DNA from: Minisyncoccota bacterium | GTDB taxonomy: Bacteria; Patescibacteriota; Minisyncoccia; Phycocordibacterales; Phycocordibacteraceae | Direction: 5' to 3' | NCBI GenBank assembly: GCA_035547315.1 | Contig: DASZVH010000004.1 | Span: 12,107 to 76,106, forward strand | DNA: 64,000 nt | Part shown: positions 24,392 to 34,025 of the stretch, one piece after another | How positions within the stretch are numbered: position 1 is the stretch's first letter | Layout: every line of letters begins with the position of its first letter | Program-made: the position numbers and the translations under genes | Notes under the pieces: generated by a model | The model's database searches: none | The model's input: only the letters and a program-made list of their open reading frames with translations | Told to the model about the DNA's origin: nothing

Positions 24392-25813
24392 ATGAAACTC
24401 AACGAACTCACGATCGCGGAAGCGGGGCGCAAATTGCGCACGAAGGAGATTGGCGTCCGCGAGCTCTGGGACGCCTGCGCAGCGGCGGCAAAGGAGAAGA
24501 ACGGGGAGCTGAACGCTTACCTCGAGATTTTCCCGCGCGATGATGCGGCGATCGAGGCGGCGCAAAAGCGCATCGATGCGGGCGACGCGCCGCCCTTGTG
24601 CGGCATCCCGCTCGCGATCAAGGACAACATCTTGATAGAGGGCAAGATCGCGAGCGCGGCCTCGAAGATGCTCGAGAATTATCGCGCGAGCTACGACGCG
24701 ACGATCATCAGGAAGCTTAAAGAGGCCGGCGCGCTCTTCCTCGGCCGCACCAACATGGACGAGTTCGCGATGGGCTCCTCAACCGAGCACTCGGCCTACG
24801 GTGCGGTCAAGAATCCGCTCGACCCGGCGCGCACCCCGGGCGGCTCCTCGGGCGGTTCCGCAGCAGCGGTTGCGGCCCACATGGCGCTCGGTGCGCTCGG
24901 CTCCGACACAGGCGGCTCCATCCGCCAGCCCGCCGCGCACACTGGCCTCGCGGGCCTCAAGCCCACCTATGGCGCGGTCTCGCGCGCGGGGCTCATCGCG
25001 CTCGGCTCCTCACTCGACCAGATCGGCCCCCTCGCCAAGAGCGTCGAAGACGCGCGGCTCATCCACGAGGCAATCGCGGGGCATGATCCGATGGATTCGA
25101 CGACGCTCCCCGAGGGTTTATATAAGAATGAGAAAGTCAGCGGGAAGTTCCGCGTCGGCGTCCCCCGGCATCTCCTCAAAGAGGGTATCGAGCCGGACGT
25201 GCTCGCCGCCTTCGATGCGACCATGGAGAAGTTGAGGGCGGCGGGACACGAAGTCGTCGAGGTGGAGCTCCCGACCTCGCCGTACGCGCTCGCGGCGTAT
25301 TACGTCGTCATGCCCGCCGAGGCCTCGACCAACCTCGCGCGTCTCGACGGCATCCGCTATGGCCGCGCCGCGCGCGGAGCGACGCTCCTCGAGGACTATG
25401 TAAAAAGCCGCACCGAGGGCTTCGGCGCAGAGACTATCCGGCGCATATTGCTCGGCACCTTCGTGCTCTCGGCTGGCTACATAGACGCCTACTACCGCAA
25501 AGCGCAGGGCGCGCGCGAGCTCTTGCGGAGGGAATACGACGCGGCGTTCGCCGCATGCGACGTGGTCGCCTTCCCGACTACGCCCGCGCCCGCCTTCAAG
25601 GCGGGGGAGAAGAGCGGAGACCCGGTCGTGATGTATCTCGAAGATATCTTCACGGTCACGGCCGATCTTACCGGCATGCCGGCAATCTCCGTGCCGATGG
25701 GGCAAGTCGAGCGTGAAGGGAAGGCGCTTCCGGTCGGCATCCACTTCACCGCGCCCATGCAGGCGGAGGAGCGCTTGTTCACAATCGGGCAGGCGGTAGA
25801 GAAAGCGCGCTAA
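24392..25813 (+). CDS. gatA: Asp/Glu-tRNA amidotransferase subunit A
   Basis: 'AIKDNI', 'NMDEFAMGSS', GGSSGGSAAAV, 'GSDTGGSIRQPA', 'NLARLDGIRYG'. Confidence 0.96.
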   Translation: MKLNELTIAEAGRKLRTKEIGVRELWDACAAAAKEKNGELNAYLEIFPRDDAAIEAAQKRIDAGDAPPLCGIPLAIKDNILIEGKIASAASKMLENYRASYDATIIRKLKEAGALFLGRTNMDEFAMGSSTEHSAYGAVKNPLDPARTPGGSSGGSAAAVAAHMALGALGSDTGGSIRQPAAHTGLAGLKPTYGAVSRAGLIALGSSLDQIGPLAKSVEDARLIHEAIAGHDPMDSTTLPEGLYKNEKVSGKFRVGVPRHLLKEGIEPDVLAAFDATMEKLRAAGHEVVEVELPTSPYALAAYYVVMPAEASTNLARLDGIRYGRAARGATLLEDYVKSRTEGFGAETIRRILLGTFVLSAGYIDAYYRKAQGARELLRREYDAAFAACDVVAFPTTPAPAFKAGEKSGDPVVMYLEDIFTVTADLTGMPAISVPMGQVEREGKALPVGIHFTAPMQAEERLFTIGQAVEKAR

Positions 25814-25822
25814 GATACGCGC

Positions 25823-26401
25823 ATGGGGACGTCGCCTAACCAGGTCAACGTCGAGTATTTCTTCCGCCTCGTCTACGAGTGCTTTACCGGCGCGTGCACC
25901 GTCGGCGGTACCGCGGGGCTCTTGGCCTTTTTCGCGCACCTCTGGCTCTGGATCACGATCCTCGGCTACTTGGCCGCGTTCGTCGGCCTCGGCTTCGTGA
26001 TCTATTGCAGCATGCGGATCTTCCAGCTCCGGCGCGCCGAGGAGGAGAAGTACGCCCCCTTCAACCTCGCGCCCGAGGACGAGCTCGCCAACCCGCGCTT
26101 CGCGCGCATCCAGGAGCTCCTTGCCGGCCCGAGCCAGAGCCAGTGGCGCGAGGCGATCCTCGAGGCGGACATCATGCTCTCCGATGCGCTCTCGCGCAAG
26201 GGCTTCGGCGGCGCCTCGATCGCCGACCAGCTGCAGCAGCTCGACGGGCGCGACTTCGCCTCGTTGAATGACGCCTGGGAGGCGCACCGGGTCCGCAACG
26301 CCATCGCGCACCAGGGCTCCGCCTTCGACCTCTCGCACACGCTCGCCAAGCGCACGCTCGACCGCTACGAACGCGCCCTCGAAGAGTTCGGCGCGCTCTA
26401 A
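25823..26401 (+). CDS. Hypothetical membrane protein
   Basis: N-terminal TM, 'WREAILEAD', 'AWEAHRVRNAIAH'. TAAGAT lies 6 nt before the ATG. Confidence 0.7.
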   Translation: MGTSPNQVNVEYFFRLVYECFTGACTVGGTAGLLAFFAHLWLWITILGYLAAFVGLGFVIYCSMRIFQLRRAEEEKYAPFNLAPEDELANPRFARIQELLAGPSQSQWREAILEADIMLSDALSRKGFGGASIADQLQQLDGRDFASLNDAWEAHRVRNAIAHQGSAFDLSHTLAKRTLDRYERALEEFGAL

Positions 26402-26476
26402 GCTTCCTTTCCGGGCAGACCGCGCGCGAGAAGCCGATGACTTTGCGCGCTTTTGCGGAAAGGTATATGCTCGGAG

Positions 26477-26547
26477 AGCGGGGTAGAGTAATGGTAATTC
26501 GCGAGGCTCATAACCTCGAGATGCGGGTTCAAGTCCCGCCCCCGCAA
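26477..26547 (+). tRNA. tRNA-Met(CAT), probably initiator
   Basis: AGCGGGG/CCCCGCA with 1:72 mismatch, anticodon arm CGAGG-CTCATAA-CCTCG, GGTTCAAGTCC. Confidence 0.92.
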
Positions 26548-26700
26548 CACGAGTGGACACCTTGAAAGTGTCCGGCCCCCTCAAAACTGGATGCGCCGCG
26601 CCGCTCTCCCTTTTCCCTACCTTGCTTTGCCCATCTACGCGATAGCATTGACGCACGTCATCTAGCGGTTGAATCCCTAGGCGGTGCTATACTTGCGGCT

Positions 26701-27120
26701 ATGTACGATGAGAACGGCCCAGGCACGCCGCCTCTTGGCCACCTCCCGCACTACTACGGTGACCGGGTCCGCGAACTCTTTGTCGCGGGCGCCCTCATCT
26801 CGTTTATCGCCATACCCATCTGGGGCAATATCCTGCCCTTTGGCGTAGGCACCCAGATCGGGGCGGGGCTCCTCCTCGTCATCCTTGCTGGTCTCACCGA
26901 CCCAAAGAACAAAGGCGTCATGCTCCTCAATGCGCTCTACGCCGGCATAAGCGTGCTCCTCCTTGAGTCGGCCGCTATCGGGATGCAGGCTGCCGAGTCT
27001 TGGCAGCTTTTTCTCGTGCGCGAGGTCTCCGCGCTTGTGCTCCTTATCGCGCTCTACTTTGCGATCAAGACCGCGCGAGCGATGTCCTTGGGCGAGATCC
27101 CTCCCGAGTCGAAGTCTTGA
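26701..27120 (+). CDS. Hypothetical four-TM membrane protein
   Basis: Four hydrophobic segments. TGCTATACT precedes the ATG by 7 nt. Confidence 0.7.
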   Translation: MYDENGPGTPPLGHLPHYYGDRVRELFVAGALISFIAIPIWGNILPFGVGTQIGAGLLLVILAGLTDPKNKGVMLLNALYAGISVLLLESAAIGMQAAESWQLFLVREVSALVLLIALYFAIKTARAMSLGEIPPESKS

Positions 27121-27168
27121 CACACCGCTGAGCTTGCACCCTGATTTGTGCGTCTGTATGATGGATGC

Positions 27169-27753
27169 ATGAAGAGTCGCTCTCTCCCCATCATGCTTCC
27201 TGAGATCGCGGCCGAAGCGGCCGCGCATCTGCTGCCGCCTCCGGCGCGCACGCTCCGCTATGTGGGCTCGGTTACTCGGCAGGCGAGCGAGCGAGCCCTC
27301 AAAGAGATAGAAAAACTTATAGCCAAGGATCCGCTCGCGGAGGTCGGCCTCTTTATTTCTTCGCCCGGCGGTACCACGGGCGCGGCGATGAGCTTCTTCG
27401 ACACGGTGCGGCAGGTGCTCAAGCCTGCGCTCGTGACGATCGGCTCGGGCGACGTCGACTCCTCGGGCGTGATCATCCTCCTCGCGGGCGATCGGCGCTA
27501 TCTTACCAAGAACACGACCATGCTCTTGCATTCGGCTGGCCGCTATTTCAGCAACCAGCGCTACACCGTCAAAGAGATGGAGGCGATGCTCGCCGAGGAC
27601 CGCCTGAAGGACGCCCAATACGCGGCGCTCCTCGCGGAACGCTCGCGCGGGGGGCTCTCTACAGAGAAAGCGCTCGCGCTTATGGAGGCGCAGACAGTAC
27701 TCTCTCCTGCGCGTGCGGTCGAACTCGGGCTCGCCGACGCCGTCTTGCGTTGA
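27169..27753 (+). CDS. ClpP-like protease subunit
   Basis: 'ISSPGG', 'VDSSGVIILLAG', 'MLLH', 'LSPARAVELGLAD'. Confidence 0.8.
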   Translation: MKSRSLPIMLPEIAAEAAAHLLPPPARTLRYVGSVTRQASERALKEIEKLIAKDPLAEVGLFISSPGGTTGAAMSFFDTVRQVLKPALVTIGSGDVDSSGVIILLAGDRRYLTKNTTMLLHSAGRYFSNQRYTVKEMEAMLAEDRLKDAQYAALLAERSRGGLSTEKALALMEAQTVLSPARAVELGLADAVLR

Positions 27754-27758
27754 CGCGC

Positions 27759-27791
27759 TTAACTAGGCCTTAACGGGCGCGCGCCTATACT
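27759..27791 (+). promoter_or_regulatory. TTAA-N7-TTAAC direct repeat plus TATACT -10 upstream of KGG gene
   Basis: ttaa-ctaggcc-ttaac, then TATACT at 27786. The same geometry occurs at 32198-32230. Confidence 0.5.
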
Positions 27792-27830
27792 CGGCTTCGG
27801 TCGAGATTACGAGCAGCGTAACGCAATCGT

Positions 27831-28064
27831 ATGGCGAGCAACAGCAACGACGGGCGCGGATTCGCCGGCATGGATCCGGATCGGCAGCGGCAGATCGCCT
27901 CCAAGGGCGGCAAGGCCGCGCACGAGAAGGGCACCGCGCACGAGTTCGACTCGCGCGAGGCCGCGGAAGCCGGCCGCAGGGGCGGCAAAGCATCGCACAG
28001 CTCGGATGGCCGGAACAACCGCGCCTCGGGTCGCGAGCGCGACAATCAAGGCCGCTTCGAGTAG
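27831..28064 (+). CDS. KGG-repeat general stress protein
   Basis: 'GRGFAGMDPDRQRQIASKGGKAAH..GTAHEF...EA.EAGRRGG'. Confidence 0.88.
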   Translation: MASNSNDGRGFAGMDPDRQRQIASKGGKAAHEKGTAHEFDSREAAEAGRRGGKASHSSDGRNNRASGRERDNQGRFE

Positions 28065-28271
28065 CGGAGGCGGGAGGGGGAGTCGCCGGGCCGCGCGCCC
28101 GGGGCTCCCTTCCCCTGTTCTCCAGAGGGGCGAGAATGGCCGTTTTTCTTGCTGCCGCGCTTGAAAATCTCCGCGCGCGGGTCATAAAGTCGCTATCCAC
28201 TTCCCCCGCATGGACGGAGGAGTAGAATGGGGAGACCCCTTTACCAACCCGCTCGCTAAGCCGCCTCCGCC

Positions 28272-31136
28272 ATGCTCGAAATCAAGAAAAGAAACGGTAC
28301 GATCGTCTCCTTCGACCCCGCGAAGATACCGGCGGCGATGGAGAAAGCGTTTATCGCCTCTTCTTGGCCGTATTCCCCTGAGCTCCTCGAGCGAATGACC
28401 AAGGAGATCGTGCGGCGGCTCGACGAGCGCTTCACGGAGCAGATACCGACGGTGGAGAACGTCCAGGATTTCGTCGAGCTCGAGCTCATGGGCAACGGCT
28501 TCCTCGAGGTCGCGAAACACTATATCGTCTACCGCTACGAGCACGCCAAGATCCGCCAGGAGGAGAAGCAGGAATTCCTCGAGAAGGCGCAGATCGAGGG
28601 CTTCTCCATCACCACCAAGAGCGGCAAGAAGGAGCGCTTCGACGAGGCGAAGGTTCGCGAGACGCTGGCGCACCACGCGCGCGGGTTCGAGAGCGTCATC
28701 GACCTCAACGCCGCTCTGGAGGAGCTCAAGTTCAATCTCTATGAGGGCATCACTACCGAAGAAGTCGCGCGCGCGATGATTCTCGTCGTGCGTGCGGGCA
28801 TCGAGCGCGATCCGGCCTACTCCAAAGTCGCCGCGCGTATGCTGCGCGCCAAGCTCTATCGCGACGTCTTCGGCGAGAACTACGACCCGAAGAAGCTCAA
28901 AGAGGAGCATGCGCGCGTCTTCGCGCGCAACATCAAGGACGCGGTCGAGCGCGAGCTCCTCGATGCGCGGATGCTCGACTTCGATCTCCCCGCGCTCGCC
29001 GCCGCCTTCGCCCTCGAGAACGACGACCTCTTTGAGTACATGGGCCTCGAGATCCTCATCTCGCGCTACATGCTGGAGGATCCGGCGACCCACAAGCCGC
29101 TCGAGACTCCGCAGATGTTCTGGATGCGCATCGCGATGGGCCTCTCGCTCAACGAGCCGGCGGCCACGCGCGATCGGGTCGCGCGCGAATTCTACGACGT
29201 GCTCTCCAATTTCTATTACACGCCCGGCGGCCGCACGCTCTTCCAGGCCGGAGCCAAGAAGGCGCAGCTCTCCAACTGCTTCCTCAACACCGTCCCCGAC
29301 TCCCTCGACGGCATCTTCAAGGCCATCTCAGACAACGCGCAATACCTCAAGTGGTCGGGCGGCACGGGGACCGACTGGACCCCGCTTAGGGCCACGGGCG
29401 CGATGATCAAGGGCACCGGCGTCCCCAGCCAGGGCATCGTCCCCTTCCTCAAGATCGCCAACGACGTGAACCTCGCGATCAACCGCTCGGGGAAGCGCCG
29501 CGGCGCCGGCTGCGTCTACCTCGAGACCTGGCACATGGATATCGAGGATTTCCTCGAGCTCCGGAAGAACACGGGCGACGAGCGACGCCGCACCCACGAC
29601 ATCAACACCGCCAACTGGATCCCGGACCTCTTCATGAAGCGGGTGCGCGAGGGCGGGGCATGGACGCTCTTCTCTCCGGACGAGGTGCCCGATCTCCACG
29701 AGATCTACGGCGCGGCCTTCGAGAAGAAGTATCTCGAGTACGAGAAGATGGCGGACGAGGGGAAGATCTCGCTCTATAAGCGCGTCAGCGCCGCCGACCT
29801 CTGGAAGAAGATGCTCGCGATGCTCTTTGAGACGGGGCATCCGTGGATCACCTGGAAGGATCCGAGCAACGTCCGCAGCCCGCAGGATCATGCCGGCGTC
29901 ATCCACAACAGCAATCTCTGCACCGAGATCACCCTCAACACCGGCCCGGGCGAGACCGCCGTGTGCACGATCGGCTCCTTGAACTTCGCCAAGTTCGTCG
30001 TCGAGGAGGGCGGCGGCGTCCGGTTCGACGCGGAGCTCGTGGGGCGGGTGACCAAGGTTGCGATGCGCATGCTCGACAACGTCATCGACCTCAACTACTA
30101 TCCGACCGAAGACGCCAAGCGCGGCAACCTGCGCCACCGCCCCGTGGGGCTCGGCATCCGCGGCTACCACGACGCGCTCTACCGCCTCGGCATCCACTTC
30201 GACTCCAAAGAGGCGCTCGACTTCGCCGACGAGTCCATGGAGATCGTCGCGTACAACGCCATCCTCGCCTCAAGCGAGCTCGCCAAGGAGAAGGGCACCT
30301 ACGAGACCTACAAAGGCAGCAAGTGGGAGCGCGGCATCTTCCCGCAAGACACGATCAAGCTCCTCGAGGCCGAGCGCGGCGAGGAGGTCGCCGTGCCCGC
30401 GGAGGGCAAGCTCGACTGGGCGCCGGTCCGCGCGCACGTGAAGCAGTACGGCATGAGGAACAGCAACACCATGGCGATCGCGCCCACCGCCTCGACCGCC
30501 AATCTGGTCGGCTGCATCCCCTGCGTCGAGCCCATCTATAAGAACATCTACGTGAAGAGCAACAAGGAAGGCGAATACGTCGTCCTCAATAAGTATTTGG
30601 TCGAGGATCTGAAAAAGCTCGGCCTCTGGGACGCCGGCATGCTCAACAAGCTCAAGTATTATGACGGGAGCGTCCAAGAAATCGGCAATATCCCGCAGGA
30701 GCTGAAACGCAAATACAAGGAGGTGTTCGAAATCGACGGCCGCTGGCTCATCGAGGCCGCCGCGCGCCGCGGCCGCTGGATGGACCAGTCGCAGTCCCTC
30801 AATATCTTCTATTCCGGCACCTCCGGCCGCGAGCTCTCGGAGCTCTACTTTCTCGCCTGGGAGCGCGGCCTCAAGACCACCTACTACCTGCGCACCCTGG
30901 GCGCCTCCCAGGTAGAGAAGGCCTCGGTTTCGACCAGCGAGTTCGGCGCCACCCACCAGCGCGAGAGAGGCGGCGTGATCGAGGAGGCCGTTACCGTGAG
31001 CGAGGTCGTGGCCGAGGCGGTACCGGCCATGGCCGCCGCGCCGGCCGCCGCCGCCGCGGGCAAGTTCGACGACGCCTACCTCGCCCGGGTCGCCGCCGGC
31101 GAGGAGGTCGGCATTTGCGAGAGCTGCGAGGCGTAA
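28272..31136 (+). CDS. nrdA: Class I ribonucleotide reductase alpha subunit with two N-terminal ATP-cones
   Basis: 'IKKRNG...FD..KI' and 'TTKSGKKERFDE.K' cones, 'QLSNCF', 'SNLCTEI', 'IAPTA', 'GLKTTYYLR', C-terminal CESC. Confidence 0.95.
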   Translation: MLEIKKRNGTIVSFDPAKIPAAMEKAFIASSWPYSPELLERMTKEIVRRLDERFTEQIPTVENVQDFVELELMGNGFLEVAKHYIVYRYEHAKIRQEEKQEFLEKAQIEGFSITTKSGKKERFDEAKVRETLAHHARGFESVIDLNAALEELKFNLYEGITTEEVARAMILVVRAGIERDPAYSKVAARMLRAKLYRDVFGENYDPKKLKEEHARVFARNIKDAVERELLDARMLDFDLPALAAAFALENDDLFEYMGLEILISRYMLEDPATHKPLETPQMFWMRIAMGLSLNEPAATRDRVAREFYDVLSNFYYTPGGRTLFQAGAKKAQLSNCFLNTVPDSLDGIFKAISDNAQYLKWSGGTGTDWTPLRATGAMIKGTGVPSQGIVPFLKIANDVNLAINRSGKRRGAGCVYLETWHMDIEDFLELRKNTGDERRRTHDINTANWIPDLFMKRVREGGAWTLFSPDEVPDLHEIYGAAFEKKYLEYEKMADEGKISLYKRVSAADLWKKMLAMLFETGHPWITWKDPSNVRSPQDHAGVIHNSNLCTEITLNTGPGETAVCTIGSLNFAKFVVEEGGGVRFDAELVGRVTKVAMRMLDNVIDLNYYPTEDAKRGNLRHRPVGLGIRGYHDALYRLGIHFDSKEALDFADESMEIVAYNAILASSELAKEKGTYETYKGSKWERGIFPQDTIKLLEAERGEEVAVPAEGKLDWAPVRAHVKQYGMRNSNTMAIAPTASTANLVGCIPCVEPIYKNIYVKSNKEGEYVVLNKYLVEDLKKLGLWDAGMLNKLKYYDGSVQEIGNIPQELKRKYKEVFEIDGRWLIEAAARRGRWMDQSQSLNIFYSGTSGRELSELYFLAWERGLKTTYYLRTLGASQVEKASVSTSEFGATHQRERGGVIEEAVTVSEVVAEAVPAMAAAPAAAAAGKFDDAYLARVAAGEEVGICESCEA

Positions 31137-31147
31137 TCCAAGCGCGT

Positions 31148-32182
31148 ATGCCCATCAATAAAGGAGCCTCGTTCGTAGACATCAACAAGCGCCGCATCAT
31201 CAACGGCGGCGACGCCGACGTGATGCAGCTCTACCCGATGCGGCACACCTTCGCCTGGGAGGCCTATAACGTCGGCAACGCCAATCACTGGCTCCCGACC
31301 GAGATCTCGATGCAGCGCGACATCGAGCAGTGGAAGAGCTCCTCCGTGCTCTCCGCCGACGAGCGCAAAGCCTTCGAGACGGTGCTCGGCTTCTTCACCA
31401 CCGCGGACTCCATCGCGGCTAATAATGTGGTGCTCGCCCTCTACAAGCACATCACGAGCCCCGAGTGCCGCATGTATCTCCTGCGCCAGGGCTACGAGGA
31501 GGCCGTGCACACGCACGCCTATCAATACATCGTCGAGTCCTTGGGCATGGACGAGTCGCGCATCTTCAATATGTATCGCGAGGTGGACGCCATCTACCAG
31601 AAGGACAACCTCGTCCTCTCGCTTAACGAGGGCATCTTCGACCCCAATTTCAAGACTGGCACCCTGGAGAACGACCAGAAATTCCTCGAGAACCTCTGCG
31701 TCTTCTCGCTCATCATGGAGGGCATCTTCTTCTACTCCTCCTTCGCGGTCATGTTCGGCTTCCAAAGGCAGAATAAGCTCACCGGCAGCGCCGAGCAGAT
31801 CCAGTACATCATGCGCGACGAGTCGCAGCACCTCAACTTCGGCATCAATATGATCAACGCGATCAAGGAGGAGCAGCCGGAATTGTGGACCAAGGAGTTC
31901 CAAGAGCGGATCATCGGCCTCGTGAAGCGCGCGGTCAATCTCGAGTACACCTTCGCCACCACCGTCTTCCCGCGCGGCATCTTCGGCATGAACGCCGCGG
32001 GCTTCAGGCAGTATATCGAGCACATCGCGGATCGGCGCCTCGAGCGCGTCGGGCTTCCGCTCCAGTACAAGGTGGAGAATCCCTTCCCCTGGATGAGCGA
32101 GGCCGTAGACCTCAACAAGGAGAAGAATTTCTTCGAGACGCGGGTCACCGAGTATAAGACCGGCGGCACCCTCTCCTGGTAG
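31148..32182 (+). CDS. nrdB: Class Ia ribonucleotide reductase beta subunit
   Basis: 'FFTTADS', 'EEAVHTHAY', 'MEGIFFYSSF', 'RDESQH', 'NFFETRVTEY'. Confidence 0.95.
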   Translation: MPINKGASFVDINKRRIINGGDADVMQLYPMRHTFAWEAYNVGNANHWLPTEISMQRDIEQWKSSSVLSADERKAFETVLGFFTTADSIAANNVVLALYKHITSPECRMYLLRQGYEEAVHTHAYQYIVESLGMDESRIFNMYREVDAIYQKDNLVLSLNEGIFDPNFKTGTLENDQKFLENLCVFSLIMEGIFFYSSFAVMFGFQRQNKLTGSAEQIQYIMRDESQHLNFGINMINAIKEEQPELWTKEFQERIIGLVKRAVNLEYTFATTVFPRGIFGMNAAGFRQYIEHIADRRLERVGLPLQYKVENPFPWMSEAVDLNKEKNFFETRVTEYKTGGTLSW

Positions 32183-32236
32183 TGGTAGCGCTCGGGCTTA
32201 ACGCGGCGTTCATAGCGCGCGCGCTATCGTGCGCGC

Positions 32237-32422
32237 ATGGCACCTACCACACGCAGGAACAGGAAGAAAAGCGGCCGCGGCTTCGCCGCGATGGACCCGG
32301 AACGCCAGCGGCAGATCGCCTCGATGGGCGGCAAGAGTCAGGGACAGCGCAATAACCCGGGCAATTTCGCTAATAACCCTGAGCGCGCCGCGGCCGCCGG
32401 CCGCAAGGGCGGCCGCGCATAG
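32237..32422 (+). CDS. KGG-repeat general stress protein (second copy)
   Basis: 'GRGFAAMDPERQRQIASMGGK', 'GNFANNPERAAAAGRKGG'. Confidence 0.85.
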   Translation: MAPTTRRNRKKSGRGFAAMDPERQRQIASMGGKSQGQRNNPGNFANNPERAAAAGRKGGRA

Positions 32423-32456
32423 GCACCCCAGCCTTCATGTGGTATGATTACCCCAC

Positions 32457-34004
32457 ATGAGCGTTGCAGCGCCTCCCGCCAAGCGGAAGACGGTAGTTTC
32501 AAGTTCGCCCACATCGGTCGCACGCTTCTTTAGGCGCCTCTCCACTTATCGAAGCGAAGATTGGTCGCGCGTCGAGCGGGCGAGTCGCGTATCTCTTTTC
32601 AAGCGAATGGCCGAGGAGGTGCCCGCATATCGGGCATTTCTCCGTACTCATGCGGTGAAGCCTGATCACATCCATACGTCCGATGACCTCTCGCTCGTAC
32701 CGGCAGTCACGAAGACGAACTACCTGCGTATCAACGAGCTCAAGGACCTTTCCTGGAAAGGCTCGACCCGCGCACCTTCCGTGCTGACTTCTACTTCAGG
32801 GTCGACAGGCAAGCCGACCTATTTCGCGCGGTCGCATATGGTCGATGAGCATTCCTCATACATCCACGAGATGCTCTTCCGCGCCAGTTCCCTGAAGGCG
32901 ACCGAATCAACATTGGTCATCGTCTGCTTCGGCATGGGCGTTTGGATCGGCGGCCTCATCACCTATCAGGCCTTCGAGCTGATGGCGCGCCGCGGGTATC
33001 CCTTCTCTATTATTACGCCCGGCATCAATAAGGCGGAGATCATAAAGGCGCTTAAGGATCTCGCGCCGCAATACGAGCAGCTTATCCTCACTGGCTATCC
33101 GCCGTTCCTCAAAGACGTGATTGACGAGGCGGTCGCGCAGGGGATCTCCTTCGACCGGCATCGGGTGAAGCTTCTCTTCGCCGCGGAGGCGTTCACCGAG
33201 CATTTTCGCGAGCATGTGGGGAAGCGGGCCAATGTCGGCAATCTCCTCACCGACGCGATCAACATCTATGGCAGCGCCGACTTGGGCACCATGGCCTTCG
33301 AGACGCCGCTCTCGATACTCGCGCGCCGGCTGGCAACGAGGAATACGAAGCTCTTTGCAGATCTTTTCCGCGGCACGACCAAAACGCCGACTCTGGCGCA
33401 GTTTATCCCCGATTTCGTATCATTCGAGGCTCCTAACGGCGAGATCCTCGTTACGGGCGAGAGCTCGCTCCCCCTGATGCGCTACTCGATCGGCGATCAT
33501 GGCGGCGTTTATACCTTTACCGAACTCCTCGAGCGCTTCGCAGCGCACGGTATCGACCTCAAGAAAGAGGCAAAAGCGGCAGGCCTCGGCCCCTCTATCT
33601 ATGAGCTCCCCTTCGTCTATGTCTACGAGCGCATTGACCTCTCGACCACGCTCTACGGCCTCCAGATCTATCCGGAGACGGTTAAGGAGGTTTTATTCGA
33701 CAAGCGCTTCTCTCCTCACCTTACCGGTAAGCTCACGCTCATCACCAAGTTCGACGAGAACCACGACCAATACCTCGAGATCAATATCGAGAAAAAGCCC
33801 AAGGCTGAGGTCAACAAGGTTTTCACCGCAGAACTCACCGCCGAGATCGTGAAGAACTTGCGCGAGAAAAACTCCGAGTTCCACGAGCTCTCCGACTTCC
33901 TGGGGAAGCGTGCGGAGCCCCAGCTCGTCTTCTGGAACTACGAGGACCCGCTCTATTTCCGCCCCGGCATCAAGCAGCCCTGGGTCGTGCGCCCCGCCAC
34001 GTAA
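32457..34004 (+). CDS. Phenylacetate-CoA ligase (PaaK)-like adenylate-forming enzyme
   Basis: 'VPAYRAFL', P-loop 'TSTSGSTGKPTYF', 'GYPPF', 'IYGSAD', 'PLMRYSIGDHG', 'QIYPE'. Confidence 0.85.
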   Translation: MSVAAPPAKRKTVVSSSPTSVARFFRRLSTYRSEDWSRVERASRVSLFKRMAEEVPAYRAFLRTHAVKPDHIHTSDDLSLVPAVTKTNYLRINELKDLSWKGSTRAPSVLTSTSGSTGKPTYFARSHMVDEHSSYIHEMLFRASSLKATESTLVIVCFGMGVWIGGLITYQAFELMARRGYPFSIITPGINKAEIIKALKDLAPQYEQLILTGYPPFLKDVIDEAVAQGISFDRHRVKLLFAAEAFTEHFREHVGKRANVGNLLTDAINIYGSADLGTMAFETPLSILARRLATRNTKLFADLFRGTTKTPTLAQFIPDFVSFEAPNGEILVTGESSLPLMRYSIGDHGGVYTFTELLERFAAHGIDLKKEAKAAGLGPSIYELPFVYVYERIDLSTTLYGLQIYPETVKEVLFDKRFSPHLTGKLTLITKFDENHDQYLEINIEKKPKAEVNKVFTAELTAEIVKNLREKNSEFHELSDFLGKRAEPQLVFWNYEDPLYFRPGIKQPWVVRPAT

Positions 34005-34025
34005 GCGCGTGCTAAACTTTGCGTA

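Noticed and set aside
28065-28271. NrdR boxes or DnaA box upstream of nrdA
   Set aside because: No NrdR consensus is visible. CTATCCACT at 28193 has two mismatches and a different spacing from the pilus sites.
31148-32182. Possible class Ic (Mn/Fe, Tyr-less) R2
   Set aside because: The radical Tyr is retained (HTHAY) and the first ligand is Asp (TADS), so it is class Ia-type.
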